Below are positions 1 through 8,195 of a stretch of DNA of 64,000 nucleotides, piece after piece. The stretch comes from a virus. Taxonomy: Duplodnaviria > Caudoviricetes. The translations under genes were made by a program, and so were the position numbers. Under the pieces are notes generated by a model. It had not been told where the DNA came from. It searched no databases and saw only the letters and a list, made by a program, of their open reading frames with translations. The DNA is taken from the IMG/VR virus record IMGVR_UViG_3300001531_000060, positions 1 to 64,000 of that record; one strand, written 5' to 3'. Positions within the stretch are counted from its first letter, which is position 1; each line of letters opens with the position of its first letter.

Positions 1-17
1 ACCATAATTTTCTCTCC

Positions 18-320
18 TTAATAACACCCCATTTTTATAGCTTCTTCTTTTGTTGGATGTTTTGCAACAAGTACAAAAGTTTTTACTTTGTTTTTCTTTA
101 ATGGAATATCATACCAATCTAAAAATTTATTCCAATTATCATGTAGTTTTCTTAATTTATTCTTAACTTGTATTAAATCAAGATATAATGAATTATTTGG
201 ATTATTATTTTTTGCAATTTCTTTTTCTAATCTATCTTCTTCTTTCCATAATTTAGCTTTTTGTTTAAGAAACTTTTCACCCTTATAAAATAAATATTCA
301 TCTGTTCTGCTTTTCTTCAT
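18..320 (-). CDS. hypothetical protein
   Basis: 100-aa ORF with upstream GAGG RBS, co-oriented with neighbours; no motif recognised. Confidence 0.6.
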   Translation of the reverse strand: MKKSRTDEYLFYKGEKFLKQKAKLWKEEDRLEKEIAKNNNPNNSLYLDLIQVKNKLRKLHDNWNKFLDWYDIPLKKNKVKTFVLVAKHPTKEEAIKMGCY

Positions 321-375
321 ATTATTTCCTCTTTATAATAAACCTTGTGCATCTTTTATTTTTGGTGGATTATAC

Positions 376-576
376 TTATAATTCTTTTATATATTTCTTT
401 GCATCATTCAAATCAAAAAATATTTTATCTCCATATTCTTCAATATGTTTTTCATGTTTTGTTTCTAATCGTAGTTTTTGTAATGTAACACATGTTATTA
501 ATGAATATGTTTTATATATTTTATCATAAAAACTCCACTCTACTTTCACGAGATATTTATATTTTTTATTTTCCAT
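376..576 (-). CDS. hypothetical protein
   Basis: 66-aa ORF, AAGG RBS, in leftward operon. Confidence 0.55.
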   Translation of the reverse strand: MENKKYKYLVKVEWSFYDKIYKTYSLITCVTLQKLRLETKHEKHIEEYGDKIFFDLNDAKKYIKEL

Positions 577-611
577 ATTCTTTTTCCTTTATTGTTTTTG
601 TTCTATTGCTT

Positions 612-770
612 TTATTGTTTTATCCTTTCTAATTCTTTAGTCAATTCAATTATTCGCTTCGTATAAAATGGTTTTGCATAACCATCTATACACATAATAT
701 CTCTTTGAAATTTTAATTTTTCTATTCTTTCTTTTAATTCTTCAATCTTCAATACTTTCTTTACATCCAT
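612..770 (-). CDS. small hypothetical protein (start re-called at MDVKK, 770)
   Basis: AGGAG RBS precedes ATG at 770; the longer track ORF overlaps the neighbouring gene. Confidence 0.5.
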   Translation of the reverse strand: MDVKKVLKIEELKERIEKLKFQRDIMCIDGYAKPFYTKRIIELTKELERIKQ

Positions 771-984
771 TGTTATGCTCCTTTTCTTCAAAATACATTG
801 GTAGCTCTTCATCTCCTTCATAGTTTGGCAATAAGCAATGATAATTATCATTGTTGTCTGCTTGTTCTAATGTATCAAACCAATACCCACACTTTATACA
901 TTTATAATGTTCTTCGTTAGGATACTCTTCATCTTTTTTCAAAAACTTACAATTTACACAACTGTATCTATCATATTTCTTCAT
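742..984 (-). CDS. small Cys-rich putative Zn-binding protein
   Basis: CxxC...CxxC (CVNC, CIKC); AGGAG RBS. Confidence 0.55.
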   Translation of the reverse strand: MKKYDRYSCVNCKFLKKDEEYPNEEHYKCIKCGYWFDTLEQADNNDNYHCLLPNYEGDEELPMYFEEKEHNNGCKESIED

Positions 985-992
985 TTCTTCTC

Positions 993-1295
993 CTAAAAAA
1001 ATTTAATCATGAAAATCATAATTATTATTAAAAACATTATTAACAATATCACTTCTAATAATTTATAAAACCAAAATACTTTAATATATCTAATTATCTT
1101 TTCTATTATATTCATCTTTAAATAATTATCACATTCAAATTTATCTGGCATATGTTCATACTCTTTTGACTCATATTGACAATCATATAATTTATATTGA
1201 CAATCATACTCTAACCAATAAGTATAAGAATGAAAACTATCTTCAATTACTTTTGAATTTCTACAATATTTACATAAAGTCTTTTTATTTTCCAT
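993..1295 (-). CDS. hypothetical protein with Cys cluster and C-terminal transmembrane helix
   Basis: CKYC near N-terminus; hydrophobic C-terminus LLEVILLIMFLIIIMIFMIKFF. Confidence 0.55.
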   Translation of the reverse strand: MENKKTLCKYCRNSKVIEDSFHSYTYWLEYDCQYKLYDCQYESKEYEHMPDKFECDNYLKMNIIEKIIRYIKVFWFYKLLEVILLIMFLIIIMIFMIKFF

Positions 1296-1569
1296 TCTCT
1301 AACCCCTTTATTTTATTATCTATCTCCTTTAATTCATTTTCAATACTTTCACAATATATTTCACTGCCATAAATATGTAAAGATTCAAGCAGTTCTAATC
1401 TTTCTTTCTTGAGTTGAGTTATTTTATTTTGTTCCTTTGTTTCCACTGTTTTACTCCTATTTTACAGAAATTATGTGCCTCTATTCGTTTGCTTCAATAA
1501 AATTTTTTATTTCTCCAAATAATTTTAATGTTTTTATTTTACTATAATTTCTTTTAAATGTCAACAGCC

Positions 1570-1956
1570 TTAATATTTTAAATTCTTACTTAATATTTCT
1601 CCGACATGTTCCCATGCTTTATATTTTTTCTTATAAACATGCGCATAATATATTTTTTGTAATTCTACTCCTAACTTTTCAGCTTCTGTACTATTCAATT
1701 CAATATATTCACAAATTTTAAATATATTCCAAGATGGTATTTCAATATCTATATCTACAAGTTCTTTTTTAGGAACAAACATTGCAGGATCGAAATACAT
1801 AAATATTCTTAAATATTTTCTAAAACCAAAAATATTTCTTTTATTAAAATAAAATTTAAACATCCAGTAACTACCTGTTTGGTCATAAATTTCTCTACAA
1901 TATTTTATTTTATCTTTGTTCTCTAAAATAACATCTATTATACTTCTACCCTTCAT
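1570..1956 (-). CDS. hypothetical protein
   Basis: 128-aa ORF abutting the phosphoesterase gene; GGAGG RBS. Confidence 0.6.
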   Translation of the reverse strand: MKGRSIIDVILENKDKIKYCREIYDQTGSYWMFKFYFNKRNIFGFRKYLRIFMYFDPAMFVPKKELVDIDIEIPSWNIFKICEYIELNSTEAEKLGVELQKIYYAHVYKKKYKAWEHVGEILSKNLKY

Positions 1957-2529
1957 TTATTTTTCCTCCTGCAACTCTATTGGTTTATAAGTATTTAAAG
2001 CAGTTTCCATTTGTCTTTGTAACCTTTCCAGATTTAATAATATAGTATTAAAATTTATTGGAGTATAATTCCATCTCTCTACACAACAGCAAACACTATT
2101 CTTAGTAAATGTTGGATAGTTTGGGCTGCCATGTATGTGACCATAAAGATTTATAAATGGTGCTTTCAAGTAAGTTATAGGTTCATGTGAGAATATAAAG
2201 AACTCTTTATAAAGTATAGGATAGTTATATACTTCATCAAAGCCACAGTCTAAATAATATTTTATACTGTGTCCTCTATCATGATTTCCCATAACCAATA
2301 TTTTTTTACCATTTAATTCTGAATTAATAGCAGAGATCATTTCCTTGTTTCCAAAACAAAAATCACCTAAATGAAATACAACATCATTATTAGTAACTTT
2401 TGTATTCCACCTTTTTATCATCTCTTTATCCATTTCATTTATAGAATTGAATGGACGATTTTCATACTGAATAATTCTTGTATGACCGAAATGTGTATCA
2501 CTTGTTATAAAGACTTTCTTCTCTGCCAT
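1957..2529 (-). CDS. calcineurin-like metallophosphoesterase
   Basis: Motifs SDTHFGH, HLGD, MGNHD, GHIH. Confidence 0.85.
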   Translation of the reverse strand: MAEKKVFITSDTHFGHTRIIQYENRPFNSINEMDKEMIKRWNTKVTNNDVVFHLGDFCFGNKEMISAINSELNGKKILVMGNHDRGHSIKYYLDCGFDEVYNYPILYKEFFIFSHEPITYLKAPFINLYGHIHGSPNYPTFTKNSVCCCVERWNYTPINFNTILLNLERLQRQMETALNTYKPIELQEEK

Positions 2530-2987
2530 TTACTTTTTCTCCTTTTAAATATAGAAATAAATTTATATTTATGTTTATACTCTTTCTTACACTTATTACA
2601 CATAGGTACAACATAGCCTTTGGTTAACCAATATGCTTTATTTCCACAAGCAACACAAGTCTTTGCTGAAAGTTTTTCATACTTATCTAATATTTGATCG
2701 ATTTCAGATGTATACATACTAAAATGTACTTGTAGCTTTCCAAACTTTTCTTTAATATCATAGATACGAAATGCTTTACGTTCTTCTCTAGGATATTTAT
2801 TTATAGCTTTCTGTAACTCTTTAAAGAATGCTATTCCAAAAGATTTACGCCAACCAACCGGTAAATTATCTAGCCAGGTATGACTAAAGAACTCTGTACA
2901 CATTTTGTTAGTATTTAACTTTCTTGGAATAATTATAGGGTACTTTATACATAATAAAAAATTATTCCAACGTTTTATTAAACTCAT
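2505..2987 (-). CDS. conserved phage hypothetical protein with C-terminal Zn ribbon
   Basis: DIKEKFGKL motif followed by CVACG...CNKC. Confidence 0.6.
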   Translation of the reverse strand: MSLIKRWNNFLLCIKYPIIIPRKLNTNKMCTEFFSHTWLDNLPVGWRKSFGIAFFKELQKAINKYPREERKAFRIYDIKEKFGKLQVHFSMYTSEIDQILDKYEKLSAKTCVACGNKAYWLTKGYVVPMCNKCKKEYKHKYKFISIFKRRKSKWQRRKSL

Positions 2988-3742
2988 TTCTTTTCCTCCA
3001 TCATATCATACGTACAAAATTTTCCACTAGAAGTTGTCTGTGATACCTTATCACATGTTACAAATTTACTACAATCTCTACAACTATGTTTTGCGAAACT
3101 AAACAAATAAGGATCTAATTGTTCACATATTTCTAGTATAGCTTTGGCTAATTCTCTAATTGGTTTATCAGCTCTTAAACAATTCCTTAAATCAAAAAAA
3201 TGAAATAGTTCTCTAGCATTCATTGTCATTATTAAATTAGTAAATGCTCCTTGAGGTAATATACCTCTTGCCACCTCTGGTTTAACACCATCATTTACTA
3301 AATCACTGTATTTATGAAAGGAAGTTATTAAAGAATCAAAAAATATTTTTTTTTGTTTCTCATTTAACTCCTGTGGTATATAACTAATATCTACCTCATT
3401 TCCTGTATCCTTCTTTGTAAGATTATTATATCTAAAACTTGTAACTGCAAATGAAGCCATTCTATGTCTTGTTAATTGAGATACTAGATATACTGGGACA
3501 TCTTCAATAGAAAAGGTAAAGCTTATATGTTCTAATATAGACATATGACCACTTTCTATAATTTTTTTCATAAGTTTTTCTGCATCTACTTGTTTAGTTT
3601 TTGGTTCCGCGCTATTAGGTATTACGGTATCTTTTATATGTGTAAATGGTTTAATACTATAACATCTTCTTGCAATACAAGCTAAAAATTCTGTATAGCT
3701 TAATATACCTGTATCGGGTTTACTTATTAAAGTTACGTTCAT
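2984..3742 (-). CDS. thyX: FAD-dependent thymidylate synthase
   Basis: GHxSILEH, signature QLTRHRMASFAVTSFRY, EVARGILP, LRNC. Confidence 0.9.
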   Translation of the reverse strand: MNVTLISKPDTGILSYTEFLACIARRCYSIKPFTHIKDTVIPNSAEPKTKQVDAEKLMKKIIESGHMSILEHISFTFSIEDVPVYLVSQLTRHRMASFAVTSFRYNNLTKKDTGNEVDISYIPQELNEKQKKIFFDSLITSFHKYSDLVNDGVKPEVARGILPQGAFTNLIMTMNARELFHFFDLRNCLRADKPIRELAKAILEICEQLDPYLFSFAKHSCRDCSKFVTCDKVSQTTSSGKFCTYDMMEEKK

Positions 3743-3753
3743 TTTATTTCTCC

Positions 3754-4551
3754 TTATTTTTTATTTGTACTTCCGAAGCCACCTTCTCCTCTTACAGACA
3801 ATGGCTTTTCTTTTATTACTTCTATAGGTAAATCATTTCTTTTTTTAATAATTAATTGTGCAATTTTACAAGGTAATTCTATTTCTGGTTTCATAACATC
3901 ATATTTATGCAATGCAACTTTCAAAGTACCTCTGTAAGCATTATCAATTATACCTTCACAATTCGCTAAAGTATATCCGGTTTTAGATATAGAACTTCTA
4001 CCAACTACATCTGTATAATATCCATCTGGAGGTACAACAACAACTCCTGTATCGTATAAAGCAGTTTTATTCCCAAGATCTTTTACTTTTTTTATTATAG
4101 TTAAATCATATCCTGTATCAGATAAATATGCTTTTGTTGGAAGAACTGCAGTTGTATCTTCTAAATAAAATTGCAAAGGAGGATTGTTTTTAAATACTTC
4201 ACCTTTAATTCCTTTTGCTATATCTTTATTTAAAGTAAATAAATTGTCGTCCATAAAATTATTATATAATATTCCAACAAAATCTATTGCTCTATCACCT
4301 TTTAATTCTATATACGGTTGTCCGGATATGGAATCACAAGCAATGGGTTTTTGCGTAAGAACACATAAATAATCCGTAAGTTTATTTGTGAAATTACCAT
4401 TTAATGTAAGTAATGAACCGAAATACATTCCACCAGATTCAAATAATCCTCTTATAAAACTTAATTTCTCTTCATTAGTATCTAATACATCAAAACTTAA
4501 GAAATCTTTGTTGTATCCTTTTCTATATGCTTCAACTAATTTTTTTTGCAT
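3754..4551 (-). CDS. dut: trimeric dUTPase with N-terminal extension (LAGLIDADG-like segment)
   Basis: dUTPase motifs DTGYDL, GRSSISK, GIIDNAYRG, IAQLI, RGEGGFGST in the C-terminal half; N-terminal FIRGLFESGG. Confidence 0.85.
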   Translation of the reverse strand: MQKKLVEAYRKGYNKDFLSFDVLDTNEEKLSFIRGLFESGGMYFGSLLTLNGNFTNKLTDYLCVLTQKPIACDSISGQPYIELKGDRAIDFVGILYNNFMDDNLFTLNKDIAKGIKGEVFKNNPPLQFYLEDTTAVLPTKAYLSDTGYDLTIIKKVKDLGNKTALYDTGVVVVPPDGYYTDVVGRSSISKTGYTLANCEGIIDNAYRGTLKVALHKYDVMKPEIELPCKIAQLIIKKRNDLPIEVIKEKPLSVRGEGGFGSTNKK

Positions 4552-4904
4552 TTTTTATTCTCCTTTTTATTTTTTTTAGGTACTTCTAGTAATAATGTTA
4601 TATAATCGTAAAGTTGCTCTGGTGTATGTAAATAGTAAGTTTTTTTATTTATTGAAACCTCAGATGTTCCCGCACCAAAGTTTTGCTCATATATCCACCA
4701 CCAAAGTAAATCATCATCAACTCCGGTAAGCCTCATAAGATCAGTGAGCATATAGACATACTGATCAATTATTGGTGATGCTATGCCAGAGATACCTGTA
4801 AATTCTGTACTAATTTTGTAGAGAACTTCATTTGCTTTCGTAAGTTTATCATCATAATTTTTTAGGAATTCAATATACTGTTTGAACTTTTTCTTTGATA
4901 TCAT
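4536..4904 (-). CDS. hypothetical protein
   Basis: 122-aa ORF, GGAGG RBS, first gene behind the 4932-4960 promoter. Confidence 0.6.
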   Translation of the reverse strand: MISKKKFKQYIEFLKNYDDKLTKANEVLYKISTEFTGISGIASPIIDQYVYMLTDLMRLTGVDDDLLWWWIYEQNFGAGTSEVSINKKTYYLHTPEQLYDYITLLLEVPKKNKKENKKCKKN

Positions 4905-4931
4905 TACGACCTCCTACAGCAATTTTAACGT

Positions 4932-4960
4932 ATTATACAATATTAGAAAATAAATGTCAA
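4932..4960 (-). promoter_or_regulatory. sigma70-type promoter
   Basis: Minus strand TTGACA (4960-4955), 17 nt, TATAAT (4937-4932). Confidence 0.85.
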
Positions 4961-5110
4961 TGAACTACCTTCTCCTGAAGGAGAAAGGTTTCCTACTTCA
5001 TAGCTTCTATGTTATTACTAGACAGCTCCATAGGCTTTACAAGACAGTTCCTGCCTTGTTTAAGAATATTAAGTGCTGCATTATAATCTCTATCAACTTC
5101 TGTATGACAT
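4961..5110 (-). ncRNA. predicted TnpB omega/reRNA scaffold (5' boundary approximate)
   Basis: By analogy with ISDra2-type TnpB, the RNA spans the tnpB 3' end and right-end hairpin, with the guide read from flanking DNA. Confidence 0.5.
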
Positions 5111-6159
5111 TTAGGACATATCCAGTTTCGATCTTTCAATGTTAAGTCTTGTTTAATGTAGCCACAATTATTACAGGTCTTTGAAGATGGGTAGAATCGA
5201 TCAACCTTAATTACAGATCGACCATACCACTTAGCTTTATATTCAAGCATTCTTATAAACTCGTACCAAGATAGTTCTTGAATACTTTTAGCTAAATGAT
5301 GATTTGAAAGCATACCTTTTATATTTAAGTCTTCAATATAAATCGTTTGGTTTTCACGAATTAATTGAGTACTTATTTTATGAAGATAATCTTTCTTACA
5401 ATTTGTTATATATTCAAATAGTTCTGCTACTTTTAAGTTAGCTTTCTTTCTGTTATTAGAACCTTTAACTTTTTTACTAGCTTGTCTTTGTAAGTATTTA
5501 AGTTTCGGTTCTACTTTCTTTAAGAAGTGCTTATTATCAAATACTTCTCCATTTGAAGTTATAGCAAAGTTTTTGATACCTAAATCTATACCTAGATCAG
5601 TATTTAATTTAGGAAGTTCTTTGATATCAAGCTCAACAGTTATATTAACAAAGTATTTATTGGTTTTTGTTTTAACTATTGAAGCTGTTACAAAATCTCC
5701 AACTAAGTCTCTGTGAAGGTTTATTTTTATACCTTCTTTAAACTTTGGAATATACAGTTTATTACTTTTAATAGATAAACTTTGAGGTATACAAAAAGAT
5801 TGTCTAGACTTTTTAGACTTAAATTTTGGAAATTTAGAACGTTTCTGAAAGAATCCTCTATATGCACTCTCTAAATTCTTTAAAGTTGCTTGTAAGGTTT
5901 GAGAATTAACTTCTTTTAACCAAAGTGTTGTTTGTTTAAGGTTAGTTAAATCTTTAGCATTATCATAATAATTAAGAAATCCTTTAACTCTTTTAGCTTC
6001 AATATCTTCTTTGTTATTAAGATAGTGCTGTTGTTCTTTATTTAGATAATAATTAAAGACAAAACGAGTGCATCCAAAGTGTTTATCAAGTAAAACACTT
6101 TGTTTCTTAGTTGGATATAAACGATAATTGTAAGTATAATGCTGTATCATTTTATACAA
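4993..6159 (-). CDS. tnpB: TnpB RNA-guided endonuclease (likely start ATG 6150)
   Basis: YRLYPT HTH N-terminus; RuvC residues in DLGIK, IEDL, DRD; zinc finger CNNC...CPKC. Confidence 0.93.
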   Translation of the reverse strand: MYKMIQHYTYNYRLYPTKKQSVLLDKHFGCTRFVFNYYLNKEQQHYLNNKEDIEAKRVKGFLNYYDNAKDLTNLKQTTLWLKEVNSQTLQATLKNLESAYRGFFQKRSKFPKFKSKKSRQSFCIPQSLSIKSNKLYIPKFKEGIKINLHRDLVGDFVTASIVKTKTNKYFVNITVELDIKELPKLNTDLGIDLGIKNFAITSNGEVFDNKHFLKKVEPKLKYLQRQASKKVKGSNNRKKANLKVAELFEYITNCKKDYLHKISTQLIRENQTIYIEDLNIKGMLSNHHLAKSIQELSWYEFIRMLEYKAKWYGRSVIKVDRFYPSSKTCNNCGYIKQDLTLKDRNWICPKCHTEVDRDYNAALNILKQGRNCLVKPMELSSNNIEAMK

Positions 6160-6200
6160 AAAGTAAATTATAGTATAAATATAGTTTTACTTTGAGTAAA

Positions 6201-6221
6201 ATTATGATACTTTTGTCAAGG
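6201..6221 (-). promoter_or_regulatory. repeated phage motif CCTTGACA-N4-TATCATAWT, copy upstream of tnpB
   Basis: Minus strand CCTTGACAAAAGTATCATAAT. Confidence 0.7.
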
Positions 6222-6227
6222 AAATTA

Positions 6228-6256
6228 TTGACAAAATATAAAAAATAATATATAAT
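6228..6256 (+). promoter_or_regulatory. sigma70-type promoter facing out of the IS left end
   Basis: TTGACA (6228-6233), 17 nt, TATAAT (6251-6256). Confidence 0.7.
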
Positions 6257-6311
6257 ATTAATTGTACAATTCATCTCTACCCCAAAGGATAGAGTCTTCT
6301 TGTATATAAAA

Positions 6312-6348
6312 ATAAAAAAATCCATAGGTACAATTTGTACCTATGGAT
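6312..6348 (-). terminator. intrinsic terminator downstream of the cold-shock gene
   Basis: AATCCATAGGTACA-x-TGTACCTATGGATT inverted repeat followed by a T run on the minus strand. Confidence 0.8.
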
Positions 6349-6375
6349 TAAAGCAAACAAATACTATGGAGAAAA

Positions 6376-6576
6376 TTATATTTTATTTACTTTCACAGCT
6401 TTATTTCCTTTTTCTGTTGCTTCTACATCAAAGCTTACTGGGTCGCCTTCATGTAAGGTTTTATGACCTTCCATTTGAATTTCAGAGAAGTGTAAGAAAT
6501 AATCATTCTTATCGTCTCCTGTAATAAATCCATACCCTTTTTGGTCATTAAACCATTTTACTTTTCCTTGATACAT
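6376..6576 (-). CDS. cold-shock domain protein (CspA family); start re-called at 6576
   Basis: GKVKWFNDQKGYGFI (RNP1) and YFLHFSEI (RNP2), 66 aa. Confidence 0.93.
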   Translation of the reverse strand: MYQGKVKWFNDQKGYGFITGDDKNDYFLHFSEIQMEGHKTLHEGDPVSFDVEATEKGNKAVKVNKI

Positions 6577-6628
6577 TTTTGTTTCTGTCTCCTTTTCTAA
6601 ATTTAACAACATCGTTATTATAACATTT

Positions 6629-6820
6629 TTATTTTTCTTTGTCAATAATATTCCAAGAAAAATCTATAAAGCAATTATTATCTTTACTATAAAGAACTAG
6701 AGCTTGTACGAAATGTATCTTAACTTCAGTAATTGTTTTACCTATAGCAGTAATATTTAGTTCCGTACATTTTGCAATATATTTATTATCTTTATAAAAG
6801 ATGTCGACTATATACTTCAT
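6629..6820 (-). CDS. HicB-like antitoxin N-terminal domain protein
   Basis: YIAKCTELNITAIGKTITEV..ALVLY matches the HicB-like YxAxxPELxxxxxGxTxEEA pattern. Confidence 0.55.
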   Translation of the reverse strand: MKYIVDIFYKDNKYIAKCTELNITAIGKTITEVKIHFVQALVLYSKDNNCFIDFSWNIIDKEK

Positions 6821-6828
6821 ATAATCTC

Positions 6829-7086
6829 CTAATCTTTTTCTTTCTCTAATCTTTTCTTTAAGATCTCTTTTGCTTTATTTACTTCTACTTTATTAGATAA
6901 ATTTTCACCGGCTCTATTAATATAGAAAGTAATCTTTTGAATTGCTTTACCTATATTACCTTTTGTTTGCTGAAGTAATACTCTAACAATCGTAGACGCT
7001 GGTTTTGTAAATAAATCTTTTGGAGTAGAATGTTTTGGCTCTACATCAGATAATTGTTTTTCTTTTGCAGTTAACCATCTAGACAT
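6829..7086 (-). CDS. MSRWL-tag protein, DUF3175-like
   Basis: Begins MSRWLTA; ITFYINRAGENL resembles the DUF3175 signature LxFYINRAGxNL (from memory). Confidence 0.55.
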   Translation of the reverse strand: MSRWLTAKEKQLSDVEPKHSTPKDLFTKPASTIVRVLLQQTKGNIGKAIQKITFYINRAGENLSNKVEVNKAKEILKKRLEKEKD

Positions 7087-7316
7087 TATTCTTTATCTCC
7101 TAATTTTTCTTTTATTATTTTGCTTTGTAATTCTTTGATATAGGGTCTAATCATCCCACCGAAATAATAAAATACTATAATTATTACGGCTACCCCTATA
7201 TAAATATTTCCATACAACAATCCTGATGCTACAAAACAAATAAAGAAACCCAATACCAATACCAATGCCAACTCAATTGCTTTAACTAAATTTGACCAAA
7301 ATGCTTTTTTAATCAT
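7086..7316 (-). CDS. small membrane protein
   Basis: Two hydrophobic stretches in 76 aa. Confidence 0.6.
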   Translation of the reverse strand: MIKKAFWSNLVKAIELALVLVLGFFICFVASGLLYGNIYIGVAVIIIVFYYFGGMIRPYIKELQSKIIKEKLGDKE

Positions 7317-7730
7317 CTTTACTTCCTCCTATTTCAGTTTTTTATTTAACCATAAACTTCCTATTATCATTATACCTACTACTATAAAATATAAAATATC
7401 CATTTTACTTTTTGCTAAATATCTTCTTAAAAATTAAAAATACAAAATAAAATGGAAGTATTGTAGCAATGACAAAAAGTGCAACTATTATTAATATTCC
7501 AGTTATTATTATCAATGGAATAATAACACACATAAATATTACAATTGCTATTAAAGACTCGAGTAAATCTTTCATTATTTTTCCTCCTTAGTAGACATCT
7601 TATCAAGTTCTTCCCTTGCTTTTTCTTCTAATCCAATCTTGTTAAGAAGATATACTTTTATTAAATTACAAGTATCTTCTATAATTGTACCTAATTTTTC
7701 TTTCATTTTATTAAGCATTATATCTCTCCT

Positions 7731-8186
7731 TTAAAAACTATAAATATAGTCTAACAATGCCATTGCTGCTTCTAATGGTGTTGTTACATTTTCTATCTTA
7801 TAAACATCCCCTTCTACAACCAAACTTCCCCCTGTAACAGCGGATATTCCTTCTGTATAATACCAAGCTTTACCATATCTATTAAATGTAGATGTTGAAA
7901 CAGATGTCCATGCTGTTGTTTCACAATATTGACTTACTTCTGAAACAAAACAAGGAAATCTCCATCCTCCTGAACCACCATCTCCTACCCAATATCCTCC
8001 ATAAGCTAAACCATCATATTTTTTTATAAATTTTCTTAGGCTACCATAATCATATAGTCCAATATATTGTCCTGCTAATGTAAATATAACATTTTCAGGT
8101 GGGTTTGGATTTAAATCTTTTATTCCATAATACTTATTATTTTTTTTAAGTGCATAATAATTATTATTCTTTTTAAATATTTTCAT
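7731..8186 (-). CDS. tail-associated protein, paralogue of the N-terminal domain of 8587-9657
   Basis: Shared KKYxGLxYGG, SEV..C, GKxWYY, LDYIYxF. Confidence 0.55.
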   Translation of the reverse strand: MKIFKKNNNYYALKKNNKYYGIKDLNPNPPENVIFTLAGQYIGLYDYGSLRKFIKKYDGLAYGGYWVGDGGSGGWRFPCFVSEVSQYCETTAWTSVSTSTFNRYGKAWYYTEGISAVTGGSLVVEGDVYKIENVTTPLEAAMALLDYIYSF

Positions 8187-8195
8187 TTTTAATCC

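Larger units (their letters stand above)
4961..6301 (-). mobile_element. IS200/IS605-family, tnpB-only (IS1341-like) element
   Basis: Left-end hairpin CTCTATCC-TTTG-GGGTAGAG (~6277-6296), right-end bulged hairpin CCTTTCTCC-TTCA-GGAGAAGG then TAGTTCA ending at 4961; contains tnpB, no tnpA; boundaries +/-2 nt. Confidence 0.8.

Noticed and set aside
1172-1208. Direct repeat ATATTGACAATCATA containing TTGACA
   Set aside because: Lies inside a minus-strand CDS and corresponds to a YDCQY peptide duplication; no -10 at the right spacing.
4993-6159. TnpB as a nuclease-dead repressor (TldR-like)
   Set aside because: All three RuvC acidic residues (DLG, IED, DRD) appear intact; any promoter binding would be a partial-match effect only.
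6300-6524. 74-aa plus-strand ORF downstream of the 6228 promoter
   Set aside because: No RBS, runs through a terminator hairpin and overlaps the csp gene antisense.
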